Below are positions 1-8,678 of a DNA stretch of 64,000 nucleotides, in pieces. Position 1 is the first letter of the stretch. Each line of letters begins with the position of its first letter. The notes beneath the pieces are model-generated. The model was not told where the DNA came from, made no database searches, and saw nothing but the letters and a program-made list of their open reading frames with translations. Made by a program: the position numbers and the translations under genes. The stretch spans positions 21,704 to 85,703 of the forward strand of contig CAMYOG010000047.1 in the NCBI GenBank assembly GCA_947259925.1. Reading direction: 5' to 3'. The DNA comes from Thermoanaerobaculia bacterium. Its GTDB lineage: Bacteria; Acidobacteriota; Thermoanaerobaculia; Multivoradales; JAHEKO01.

Positions 1-564
1 GATCTCACCCATGCCGCGCTCCTTGGAGGACGACTCCTTGAAACGGATGATGCCGCCCGCCGACCAGATCCGATCGCGATCCCAGTAGTAGTACGACTTC
101 GGCCCGACACAGCCGATCGTCGGATCCGCCTCGCACACCTTCACCATCTCGGTGAGCATCCGGGGATCGGTCTCGATGTCGTTGTTGAGCAACAGCAGAT
201 AGTCGTAGTCGCGCTCGAGCGCCCACCGGAGCCCCAGGTTCATGCCGCCCGAGGCCATCAGGTTCTGCTCGGTCCGGATCTGAATGACGCTCGGAAACGC
301 CTCGGCGATCGCCTCGTACGAGCCGTCGGTAGAGCCGTTGTCGACCACCAGCAGGTCGTAGTCGGGATAGTCGAGCCCGGTCAGGCTGCCGAGCGCCTCG
401 AGGGTGACGTCGCGGCCGTTGTAGTTGAGGACGATGGCAGCGACTTTCGGATCGCCCCCCACACCCTCCTCCTCCACCCGGTACCCGATTCCCTCTCCCT
501 CCCTCACGGGGGGAGAAGGACGCCCCCTCCCGCCATCTTCGTTGGTGGAGTCCGGGTCGGTCAT
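1..564 (-). CDS. Glycosyltransferase family 2 (partial, C-terminal part runs off the window start)
   Basis: Minus-strand translation reads MTDPDSTNEDGG...AAIVLNYNGRDVTLEALGSLTGLDYPDYDLLVVDNGSTDGSYEAIAEAFPSVIQIRTEQNLMASGGMNLGLRWALERDYDYLLLLNNDIETDP... This carries typical GT2 motifs. The ATG is at 564, one nt downstream of the stop of the upstream gene (566). Confidence 0.8.
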   Translation of the reverse strand, partial: MTDPDSTNEDGGRGRPSPPVREGEGIGYRVEEEGVGGDPKVAAIVLNYNGRDVTLEALGSLTGLDYPDYDLLVVDNGSTDGSYEAIAEAFPSVIQIRTEQNLMASGGMNLGLRWALERDYDYLLLLNNDIETDPRMLTEMVKVCEADPTIGCVGPKSYYYWDRDRIWSAGGIIRFKESSSKERGMGEI

Positions 565-565
565 G

Positions 566-1495
566 TCACCGCGTGCGCTGGAACCAGAGCGAGCCGTAGT
601 GGGTGTCGAAGTCCATCGGGTCGAGCGGCTTGACCCCCGGGATCTCGCTCAGCTTGTCGACGCCCCGGCGCTGGTCATCGGCGCGGATGAGAGCGTTCGA
701 GATCAGGATCTCGAAGCTGTCGTTGAAGGCGAAGAAGCCCTGTAGCAGCGCCGCCTCGGTCCACACCCAGGGGAAGAGTCGCTTTTCGAGGTAGCGCTCG
801 GACGGGTAGGGATAGGTGTACGGAAAGTGGATGTCGTGTGCGTGCACGACGACCCCCGGCACGAGGCGCGGCACGACCTCCAGGTAGAGGAACCCGACCT
901 CGCCGCCCACCTTCAGAACGTGACTGGTGTCGATGAACAGGACGTCGCCCGATTCGAGGCTGGTGAAGACCTCCATCGGCACGTCCTGGGCCTCCTTTAC
1001 CAGAAGACCCTCCCCGACCAGGTCGCGCAGCCCCTGCCACGGATGCGGCTCGACGACCTGGTGAACGCATTCGCGGCCCTCCGACGCGTTCTTCGACAGC
1101 GCGGAGCTCGAGTAGTAGGTGCAGAAGCCCGAGCCGATCTCGACGAAGCGCTTCGGCTTGATGTCGCGGAGCATGAAGTAGAGCAGGAACGAGTCGAGGA
1201 TGGTGAAGCCCTCGCCGAGCCCCTTCTGCTTGACCTCGTCGTAGCTGTCGAGCTCGTCGAGCTCGGCGCCGTAGGTCTCGACCAGCCGCTCCAACCGCTC
1301 GCGCATCGGTCCGGGATCACGGGCGACGCCCACCATCTCGCTCGGGTTCGCCCACTGGGCACGGTGCCGCTCGAGATCGTCGTAGCTCGGTAGCGGCGAG
1401 TAGAAGCCGTGCTCGTCCCGATAGATCTGGACGCCGGTCCGCCGATAGAACCAGTCGAGGCAGCGCTTCAGAAATCGCCGGGGGGGTTGGCTCAT
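566..1495 (-). CDS. Class I SAM-dependent methyltransferase (Methyltransf_24/TylF-like), probably polysaccharide-modifying
   Basis: 309-aa ORF with a VEIGSGFCTYYS SAM-binding motif (glycine-rich loop). Coherent codon usage. Tightly linked to the downstream GT2 gene. Confidence 0.55.
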   Translation of the reverse strand: MSQPPRRFLKRCLDWFYRRTGVQIYRDEHGFYSPLPSYDDLERHRAQWANPSEMVGVARDPGPMRERLERLVETYGAELDELDSYDEVKQKGLGEGFTILDSFLLYFMLRDIKPKRFVEIGSGFCTYYSSSALSKNASEGRECVHQVVEPHPWQGLRDLVGEGLLVKEAQDVPMEVFTSLESGDVLFIDTSHVLKVGGEVGFLYLEVVPRLVPGVVVHAHDIHFPYTYPYPSERYLEKRLFPWVWTEAALLQGFFAFNDSFEILISNALIRADDQRRGVDKLSEIPGVKPLDPMDFDTHYGSLWFQRTR

Positions 1496-1503
1496 TTTTT
1501 GGG

Positions 1504-3291
1504 GTGAAGGTCCCGCGATCGGGGCGCGACCAAGTCATCCTATTTGAGCACCTGGGCCTTTTCAACCGAGCTAGCGGCCCCACAGGCGCGGCTGCTGCAC
1601 TACCATTGAAACCGGTCGTGCCCACACCGAAGGCTCTCCTGGCGGCTGCGCTGGCAGCACTCACCGGCCTGTCCGCCGCGGCGCAAGTCGAGCTGTCCGC
1701 CGAGCTCCTGGTGCGACTGACGGGGGCCGAACCGACCGAAGACGCGACCTCCCCCGACCTCGTCGCATTGGAGGGATGGCTGGGCGAGGCTCGTGTGGTC
1801 GGTCTGGGGGAGAGCCGTCACGGTGTTCACGACTTCCGTCGCCTGGCCCACCGCATTTTCGCCCACCTCGTCGAGACCCAGGGCTTCGACGTATTCGCTC
1901 TCGAGGTAAGCCAGGCCCACGCCGTTCGGCTGAACGACTTCGTTCATGGGCGGCGCGACGACCTGGACGCCCTCATGAGGCAGCGCTGGTGGGTGGCCAA
2001 GGTCTGGTACGACCAGGCGTTGCGGGACCTGCTCCTCTGGATGCGCCGATACAACGAGACCGCGGAGCGCCCGGTCCACTTCGCGGGGTTCGATTTCAAG
2101 CAACCCTCGTTCGCGATGGCAGCCGTCGTCGACGGACTGAGACGCCTCGACCCGAAGGCCGCCGCGGAAGCAGAGAGGGAGTACCAGACGATCTCGAACC
2201 TGGGCGGACTCGGCGTCTTCCCGAACGTCTACGGGCTCACCGCATCGATGAGGGTCGCCTTGCCTGCGCGGACAGGTACGGAAACCCTGCAGGCCGAATT
2301 GATGGTTCGCGGTCGCGGTGTCTCTCACGGCTGGACCGGCCTCTCGCTCGAAGGTGCCTTCTCCGGAGACCCGATCGAGTCTCGATACGTGTCCCCGAAC
2401 GACTTGAGCGAGACCTGGGCCACGCTTCAACTCGACGTTGCGGTCACCGATCGCGTCGACGAGGTCAGGCTGAAGGTCTTTCATCGCGGCAACGGCACCG
2501 TCTGGTTCGATGGTCTGCGGCTGGCTATCGACGGGCGCGAGATCGAGCTGCAAGAAGGCCTCGAGGCGATGGAGGTGCAGGCCCTGGCCATGCCGCTCGT
2601 GCAGGTGATGGATCACGAAGCGAGCCTCGATGATCAGGTCTCGTACGCCGGTGGCAGATCCCTGCGCGTGGACTGTGATCCGGCTCTCGACCGGGCGCTC
2701 CGAGCGGCTCGGAAAGTGGACGCTCTCGTCGACGAGACGCTCGCCGCCGAAACCGCACGCATTTCGAGCTCGCAAGCAGCGTGGTTGCGGCAGATGTCTC
2801 GGCTCGTTGGGCAGGCCACCGAGTGGCGAGCGCTGGTCGAGAGCAACCGGGACGTGTTCATGGCCGAGAACCTCGCCTGGCTACAGCAGCACGGGTTTCC
2901 AGAGAGCCGTGTTCTAGCGCTCGCCCACTCCAGTCATACGAATCGGAAGGCACGAGGCAAGGGAATGGGGCTCGTCCTCGCGGAGGAGTACGGTGATTCG
3001 TACGCGACCGTGACGATGCTGACTCTCTCGGGGCAGCTTCGCTACTTCGGAGATCCTCGAGCCACGGGCCGCGACGACGAGATGGTGCTGTCCTCCCTGA
3101 AGCGGGAAGACGCGGGTCCGCTCGAGCAGCGCCTCGCCGCGCTCGGCACGGGGGATTTGATGCTTTACCTCCGGGGCGCGGCAGAGTCTGGAACGGCTCG
3201 GAAGGCGATCGATCTCGAGAGCGTACCGGTCAAGCAGGTCGCGGATGTGGCCATTCTCCTCAGGGAAGTGGGGCCTCTGCGCCTCGATTGA
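1504..3291 (+). CDS. Erythromycin esterase (Ere) family protein with a C-terminal extension
   Basis: N-terminal region VVGLGESRHGVHDFRRLAHRIFAHLVETQGFDVFALEVSQAHAVRLNDFV matches the Ere/succinoglycan-biosynthesis family signature (GE.SHG..EF...R......GF...A.E). Signal-peptide-like N-terminus. At 595 aa it is longer than the typical ~410. Confidence 0.65.
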   Translation: MKVPRSGRDQVILFEHLGLFNRASGPTGAAAALPLKPVVPTPKALLAAALAALTGLSAAAQVELSAELLVRLTGAEPTEDATSPDLVALEGWLGEARVVGLGESRHGVHDFRRLAHRIFAHLVETQGFDVFALEVSQAHAVRLNDFVHGRRDDLDALMRQRWWVAKVWYDQALRDLLLWMRRYNETAERPVHFAGFDFKQPSFAMAAVVDGLRRLDPKAAAEAEREYQTISNLGGLGVFPNVYGLTASMRVALPARTGTETLQAELMVRGRGVSHGWTGLSLEGAFSGDPIESRYVSPNDLSETWATLQLDVAVTDRVDEVRLKVFHRGNGTVWFDGLRLAIDGREIELQEGLEAMEVQALAMPLVQVMDHEASLDDQVSYAGGRSLRVDCDPALDRALRAARKVDALVDETLAAETARISSSQAAWLRQMSRLVGQATEWRALVESNRDVFMAENLAWLQQHGFPESRVLALAHSSHTNRKARGKGMGLVLAEEYGDSYATVTMLTLSGQLRYFGDPRATGRDDEMVLSSLKREDAGPLEQRLAALGTGDLMLYLRGAAESGTARKAIDLESVPVKQVADVAILLREVGPLRLD

Positions 3292-3326
3292 ATCCGACCG
3301 GAGCTTCGGAAAGCTCGCCTTGTCGT

Positions 3327-3354
3327 AGAACCGTCCGGGGCGTTCGAACGACTC
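3327..3354 (+). promoter_or_regulatory. Putative ECF-type autoregulated promoter (AGAACC-N16-CGACTC)
   Basis: GAACC-like -35 and CGaCT-like -10 motifs separated by 16 nt, about 20 bp upstream of the ECF sigma start. Confidence 0.3.
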
Positions 3355-3372
3355 TGGGTATAGAGAACGGCG

Positions 3373-3918
3373 ATGAGAACCCGCGAAGACATCCTCGACG
3401 AGCTCCTGGTGCTGCGAACGCAGAGCGGCGACGTGGCGTCGCTGGAGATGCTCGCCAGTCGCTGGCATCCGAAGCTCCTGCGCCACGCGATCTATCTGAC
3501 CGGCGAGCGCGAGGGTGGCGCGGACGTCGCGCAGGACGCGTGGGTGGCGATCGTGCGCGGTCTCAGGCGGCTCCAGGATCCGGCGCGCTTCCGGGCCTGG
3601 GCGTACAAGATCGTCACGCGCAAGTCGAGTGACTGGATTCGCTCGCGGGTGCGCCGGCGGCGCCTCAACGATCGGGCGGCCAGCGAGCCGACACCCACGA
3701 CGACCGGGTCATCCGAGGTCACCGAGGCGATCGACCAGATCCGCTCGGTGATGGCCGAGCTGCCCGCCGACCGGCAGGCGCTCCTGGCGATGTTCTACGT
3801 CGAGGGGATGACGGTCGGTGAGATCTCGGAAGCCCTTTCGATACCTCGCGGGACGGTCAAGTCCCGCCTCTTTCACGCCCGTAACATCCTGCGGGCGAGT
3901 CTGGAGGAACAGTCATGA
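3373..3918 (+). CDS. RNA polymerase sigma-70 factor, ECF subfamily
   Basis: 181 aa with sigma-70 region 2 (DVAQDAWVAIVRGLRRLQDPARFRAWAYKIV) and region 4 (LPADRQALLAMFYVEGMTVGEISEALSIPRGTVKSRLFHAR). Confidence 0.9.
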   Translation: MRTREDILDELLVLRTQSGDVASLEMLASRWHPKLLRHAIYLTGEREGGADVAQDAWVAIVRGLRRLQDPARFRAWAYKIVTRKSSDWIRSRVRRRRLNDRAASEPTPTTTGSSEVTEAIDQIRSVMAELPADRQALLAMFYVEGMTVGEISEALSIPRGTVKSRLFHARNILRASLEEQS

Positions 3919-4304
3919 AGTTCAAGAGCGATCAGATCGACGACATGATTCGTGAGGCGCTCACCAAGGAGGAGGCCGAGATCTTCGATCAGGTCTTCGA
4001 CGAGCCCTCGATCTTCGAGTTGGTGACCAGCATGTTCCGCGGCAAGATGCGCTATCTGGCGATGCTGGGGATCATCATGGGGTTCGTCTTCATGGCGATC
4101 GGCATCTTCAGCGCGCTGCGCTTCGTGGCCGTCGGCACCGTCCCCGAGATGTTGCGCTGGGGCGCCCTGATGTTCTTCGCGGTCTTCGGGATCACGCTCA
4201 TGAAGATCTGGCACTGGATGGAGATCCAGCGCTACGCTCTCACCCGCGAGATCAAGCGCCTCGAGCTCCAGGTGGCGAACCTGGCCGCCGGACGCTCGAC
4301 CTAG
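3915..4304 (+). CDS. Putative anti-sigma factor / small membrane protein co-transcribed with the ECF sigma
   Basis: ATGA start/stop overlap with the sigma gene. Cytoplasmic N-terminus followed by three predicted TM helices (GIIMGFVFMAIGIFSALRFVAV, ALMFFAVFGITLMKIW). Confidence 0.5.
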   Translation: MKFKSDQIDDMIREALTKEEAEIFDQVFDEPSIFELVTSMFRGKMRYLAMLGIIMGFVFMAIGIFSALRFVAVGTVPEMLRWGALMFFAVFGITLMKIWHWMEIQRYALTREIKRLELQVANLAAGRST

Positions 4305-4310
4305 TCCGCA

Positions 4311-4344
4311 GAAGAAAAAAGCCCGGAGGCCGAGGCCTCCGGGC
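4311..4344 (-). terminator. Rho-independent terminator for the convergent minus-strand gene
   Basis: Perfect hairpin GCCCGGAGGC-cgag-GCCTCCGGGC. It is preceded on the plus strand by GAAGAAAAAA, which is a U-tract on the minus strand, about 25 nt after the stop at 4370. Confidence 0.7.
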
Positions 4345-4369
4345 TGAGTTCGGCGGAAGCTGTGCCCGC

Positions 4370-6475
4370 CTAGTGGCAGACCGGACTCAAGCTCGTATCG
4401 AACTTGCCGAGGCCGCCCGTACCGTCACCGTTGACATACGCCTGCCATGTGGCGCGGAAGGTGTCGACCTGACGGATCGCCGACGTGTGCTGGCCTGGGT
4501 CGCCCGGCACCAGTAGGACGAACGCCATGGTCTTGACGTCGGTCGGACCGGCGCCGCAGTCGGGATTGGTCGCTGCATCATCCTCGTCGCCGATGGCGGG
4601 AGTCCGCGGACCGTTGCCCGGACCGAGACCGAACGCTCCGGCGATCGTGATGTCCGAGACGGTCAGGTCGATCCGCTTGCCGCAGAAGACGATGTCGTCC
4701 TGAGCCGCGAAACTGGCGACGCCTCCCAGGGAATTGCCGGAGAAGGCGCTCCTCGGATCGTCCGCATACCAGAAAGGACTGACGTCGGCGGCAGCGCGCA
4801 GACCCATGAAGTACTGATCCAGCTCGGTGAAGCCGTCGATCAGCTCGTTGGGCTCGGTGAGGAACGTGCTCTCGCCCGCCCCGGCGTCGCACGGCACCGG
4901 CAGGCCGGCGCTGGCGCCTGCTCCTAGATCGACGATCGCGTTACCTTCCATGCTCGAAGCACGCGGATCGCCGCCGAACTGGCTGTCGGGTACGCGCACA
5001 TTGTGGAAGAAGCTCCAGTGAGCGGCGCTCCTGCCGAGAAGATCGGCGCTGAAGAAGAACCCCGGGTGTAGGAACGCGGGGAACGCCAGCCACCGGTGGC
5101 CGGCCTCCTGGCCCATCAGCGACATCGCCGAGTTGAGTCCCAGCGTGTACGAGCCGTGGGCTCCGAAATCACCGTTCAGGGTTCCGAAGTGGCGGGCCCG
5201 CCGCGAGAACTGACTCGATCCCGGAGGTCCGTCGAGCGTGGCGCCGCCGCTGAAGCGGAACTTCTTTATCGGCGGATCGACCATGTTGTTCGCGGTCGGC
5301 CAGTAGAGTCCGATGCGGTTCATATTGAGCACCGACTCCAGCTCATCAATTGGACCGGTCTGGGCGTTCTCGAGCACGAAGGTGAAGTCGAACAGGCTGC
5401 TCGGGCCATTGCGGAAGAACCCGAGGCCCTCGGTCTGGTTCTGGATCCCCTGGTGGAACGCGAACGCCCCGAAACCGATGTCGACCACGAAGTCGGTAAA
5501 GATGACGATGAAGTCGAACTCATCGTTGTGTGTCTCGAGGAACCTCTGTGCGACCCCTAGGGTGTTCATCTGCGGGAACGCGTTGCCGATGACGAACTCC
5601 TCGAAGATGGCGCCGGCCGCGAAGGTGCCCGGCAGATCGGCGGTGTAGTCGATCTCCGTGAACGGCGTCTCGTTGTTACCCTCTGCCACACCGACCACTC
5701 CGATGGTGGCGGCGACCGAGCCGTAGTTGAGGTCGATCGAGCCGTCGGAGTGGAGAACGGCCTGCACGGAGTTGGAGTTGGCGACGCCGAACTCGGGTAC
5801 ACCGTCCCAGGTCACCACGACGGTGGTGGCATTGACCTCGGCGCGGATGTCACCGCCCGAGTCCGGGTTGAGATCGTTGAGGAAAGTGGAAACCCTCGGT
5901 GGCCCGCCGACGTGGCGAGCGGCGTCGCGTGCCGCGCTCGAGCCGTCGCCGGCGCCGAAGGTGATGTGCCCATCCGAGCCGACGAAGATCTCGTCGGTGC
6001 CGTAGGTGGTGCCGAAGAACGGGAAGCCGGCGAAAGTACCCGAGTCGACCGGCTCCACCTGGGTCGCCGAGTCATCGGTCAACCCGAGCGTGAAGCCGCC
6101 CGGATCGGCCACGATCCCACCGGCCGCGGAGCTGACCGAGAAATCTCCCGCTCCCGGGACGAAAGAGATGGTCGTTCCGGAGGGAATGTCGTACAGGTTC
6201 GGCGGCGTCGGCGGGATGATCAACGTGCCGTCGTCGACGATGACAGCGACGTCTCCCTCGTCTCGACTCTGCGGAGTGTTGGCGTTGGCGGTCAACTTGG
6301 CCGCTCGCGCCTGGAGCACCAGATTGTGGCTATCTCGATGTGGCCCGCTGCCGTCGACGTGCTCCCAGACCCCGGTGTTCTCCCACGGGATGCTCTTGGG
6401 CTCCTTTGCGGCCTGGGCCAGCGAGGGTGCCAGCAGCAGTGCGATGCCGGCCAGTGCGAATAATCGTTCTCTCAT
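4370..6475 (-). CDS. Large secreted hypothetical protein (701 aa)
   Basis: Start chosen at the internal Met (MRERLFALAGIALLLAPSLAQAA signal peptide) with GGAGG 7 nt upstream. Low-complexity Gly/Asp/Thr-rich body with no recognisable catalytic motif. Confidence 0.65.
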   Translation of the reverse strand: MRERLFALAGIALLLAPSLAQAAKEPKSIPWENTGVWEHVDGSGPHRDSHNLVLQARAAKLTANANTPQSRDEGDVAVIVDDGTLIIPPTPPNLYDIPSGTTISFVPGAGDFSVSSAAGGIVADPGGFTLGLTDDSATQVEPVDSGTFAGFPFFGTTYGTDEIFVGSDGHITFGAGDGSSAARDAARHVGGPPRVSTFLNDLNPDSGGDIRAEVNATTVVVTWDGVPEFGVANSNSVQAVLHSDGSIDLNYGSVAATIGVVGVAEGNNETPFTEIDYTADLPGTFAAGAIFEEFVIGNAFPQMNTLGVAQRFLETHNDEFDFIVIFTDFVVDIGFGAFAFHQGIQNQTEGLGFFRNGPSSLFDFTFVLENAQTGPIDELESVLNMNRIGLYWPTANNMVDPPIKKFRFSGGATLDGPPGSSQFSRRARHFGTLNGDFGAHGSYTLGLNSAMSLMGQEAGHRWLAFPAFLHPGFFFSADLLGRSAAHWSFFHNVRVPDSQFGGDPRASSMEGNAIVDLGAGASAGLPVPCDAGAGESTFLTEPNELIDGFTELDQYFMGLRAAADVSPFWYADDPRSAFSGNSLGGVASFAAQDDIVFCGKRIDLTVSDITIAGAFGLGPGNGPRTPAIGDEDDAATNPDCGAGPTDVKTMAFVLLVPGDPGQHTSAIRQVDTFRATWQAYVNGDGTGGLGKFDTSLSPVCH

Positions 6476-6769
6476 CGTGCCTCCATGTGATGGGTCGTTA
6501 TGGTTCTCGAGTTGCGTCGTCCACAAGACGACTCGTGGCCGTATTCACTCACTTGGCGCAATCGAGTGTGCGCTCGGCTATACCGACAGCTCGAGGCACC
6601 CGGAGACTCAACGAACCGGAGCTCCCTCTGAGGAGGTCCACACCACCCCATCTCATGGCGGGACCCGACTAACGAAAAGACGCGTCAGTATATTGGAGCC
6701 TGAGCGCGACCGACAAATAGCCAGCTGTCTATGTGTGGCCGCCGCTCTCGACCGGGGTCGGGAGGCCCG

Positions 6770-7198
6770 TCAGCCCTTGCGCTGGGCCAGGGCTGCGAGG
6801 AGATCGTCCTGGTCCAGGACGCCCTTGGTCTCGAGCACCTCGATCACCGCCAGAACCAGGCTCCGAGTGTCGTCGCGGCGCTGATTCGTCGCGTCGCCGG
6901 ACGCCGCCTCCGCGACGCCTTTCGACGGCCCGCTACCGGCCGGGTGGGGGTAGGTCGACCACCGCTCCTCTTCGGGCGTCTCCCCTCGGAAGAAGCCCCC
7001 CGGATCGACCCCCAGATGGTCCAGCACCTCGAGCAGCGATTCGAGCGACAGTCGCTTCTCGCCGCGCAGCGCGTCTCCCAGATAGCCACGGCTCCGCCCC
7101 ATCTCCTTCTCGACCGCCGAGACAGACTTGTTCTGCAGATCGATCAGATAGCGGAGCCGCCTGACGATCCACTCCCGGAAGCTTGAGGAGCCGTCCAT
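6770..7198 (-). CDS. XRE-family helix-turn-helix transcriptional regulator
   Basis: MDGSSSFREWIVRRLRYLIDLQNKSVSAVEKEMGRSRGYLGDALRGEKRLSLESLLEVLDHLGV is an HTH_XRE-like domain. The longer ORF in the track (to 7630) has an Arg/Ser-rich, non-protein-like extension, so the internal ATG was chosen. Confidence 0.55.
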   Translation of the reverse strand: MDGSSSFREWIVRRLRYLIDLQNKSVSAVEKEMGRSRGYLGDALRGEKRLSLESLLEVLDHLGVDPGGFFRGETPEEERWSTYPHPAGSGPSKGVAEAASGDATNQRRDDTRSLVLAVIEVLETKGVLDQDDLLAALAQRKG

Positions 7199-7340
7199 GA
7201 CGGAAATCTTGGCATCGGAGCAGTCTGGTGGAGAGAAATGCAGGAATAATCGGACGCCAGCGAATTGACAGCGCGCCATTGGCAGCGATATGCTGCTGCT
7301 GACAGAAAAGAACTGCCGGCCCAGTCGAGGCAGGGACAGC

Positions 7341-8117
7341 ATGAACGTCAGCCGCCGGAGCGCTACCGACCGCATCCCCGAGGGGGGGCAGGCCGTCGAG
7401 GTCTTGGCGCTCGGGCGGAGCGGTGGCTCGCTCTGCGGTCGGACCCGTGTCGGCGCGACCAAGGTCCTGGTGCGTCTCGGCCTGGCGCCGGTGCGTCCGG
7501 TTGCCGGCGAGCTCTTCACACTCGACGTCACCCGCCGCACCCGGGAGAACGGTCTCTGGATGCTCGAAGGCACGATCCGAGCACCGCGGCTCAGCCCGAG
7601 CACGCTCCGGCTCGAGCCGCTCGCCCTCATTCCTCGGCCGGAAGCCGGCGAGCGTCAGCACGAGCTCGAGACGATCATCCCGCGCATTCCCCGGTTCGAT
7701 GCCAGCGGCTTCGCGGCGATCGAGGAGATCTCCGCCCTCTGGGAGGCGGGTGAGATGGAGCTGGCCGAACTGCTGGCGGGCGAGCTCCTGGCGCGCGACC
7801 TGCGTTGCCTGGAGGCCCATGCGTTGCTCGGCAGCTTCTTTCTCGACGGGCCGGTCGAGGAGCGCTGGACCGAACGGGCTCTGCGCCACTATCGGGTCGG
7901 CGTGACGATCGGCGAGCTGTCGCTCGGCGACGACTTCGAAGGCGTCCTGCCCTGGCGCTGGCGCGGCAACCGCGCCTTGCTGCGCTGTCTCGACGGCTAT
8001 GGCCGCTGCCTGGAGCGGATCGGCGAGGCGAGATCCGCGCGGAACGTCTTCGAGCGCTCGTCGATGCTCGCGCCGGAAGCTCCGCTGGGAGTCGGCGGGC
8101 AAGAGCCGGCTTCGTAG
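7341..8117 (+). CDS. Hypothetical protein (divergent from the XRE regulator)
   Basis: 258-aa ORF with protein-like composition starting MNVSRRSATDRIPEG. No recognisable domain. Confidence 0.4.
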   Translation: MNVSRRSATDRIPEGGQAVEVLALGRSGGSLCGRTRVGATKVLVRLGLAPVRPVAGELFTLDVTRRTRENGLWMLEGTIRAPRLSPSTLRLEPLALIPRPEAGERQHELETIIPRIPRFDASGFAAIEEISALWEAGEMELAELLAGELLARDLRCLEAHALLGSFFLDGPVEERWTERALRHYRVGVTIGELSLGDDFEGVLPWRWRGNRALLRCLDGYGRCLERIGEARSARNVFERSSMLAPEAPLGVGGQEPAS

Positions 8118-8127
8118 GCGCGCACTC

Positions 8128-8649
8128 TCAGGAAGCTCTCTCCAGCCAGCCACCGAGGACCTGGCGGAGTGTCACCAGCTCCCCGGTCGACAGATCGCCT
8201 CCCAGCAAGACCTCGGCGTCTCGCGTCTTGAGCAGCAACAGGCCTCCCGGCGCCGCCGCGGACTGCCATCTCGAGCGCAGCTCCTGCTTGTCGAAGTAGA
8301 CCGACTCCACCGCGCGACCTTCCGCCTCCTCGATGTACTCGATGCTGTCGCCGCGATCTACGAGACAGATCGTGTCCGCATCGGCCTTGCGGCCGACGCT
8401 GAGGGTCGCCAGGCCCGCCAGGGCGAAGCCGAGGCCGAGCGCCAGAACCATGACGGCATCCGACCTCGAAAGCTCGCTCCACCGTGTGGCCAGCAGGTAG
8501 CCGCTGACCGCCGCGAGGCCGAAGCAACCGGCAGCGAGTAGCAGCATCTGGATGCGAATCCGGGCCCGGGTGTGAAAGCGGATCTTCTCCGGTGGCCCTG
8601 GCTCGATCAGAAGAGCCGCCGAGCTCGGGGGTTTCCGTACGGGGCTCAT
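8128..8649 (-). CDS. Hypothetical membrane protein (2 TM, PH-like C-terminal region)
   Basis: Two hydrophobic helices (MLLLAAGCFGLAAVSGYLLAT, VMVLALGLGFALAGLATL) followed by a soluble domain. Confidence 0.45.
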   Translation of the reverse strand: MSPVRKPPSSAALLIEPGPPEKIRFHTRARIRIQMLLLAAGCFGLAAVSGYLLATRWSELSRSDAVMVLALGLGFALAGLATLSVGRKADADTICLVDRGDSIEYIEEAEGRAVESVYFDKQELRSRWQSAAAPGGLLLLKTRDAEVLLGGDLSTGELVTLRQVLGGWLERAS

Positions 8650-8678
8650 ACGGGTGCGTCAGAGGGCCTTGATACCGG

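Noticed and set aside
1600-2775. 391-aa antisense ORF overlapping the Ere-family gene. Similar long alternative-frame ORFs occur at 6933-8153, 8694-9989, 21417-22886, 23999-25888, 38124-39674 and 56050-57867.
   Set aside because: These are Arg/Pro/Gly-rich translations typical of non-coding frames in 68% GC DNA. Each overlaps a gene with clear family motifs on the other frame or strand.
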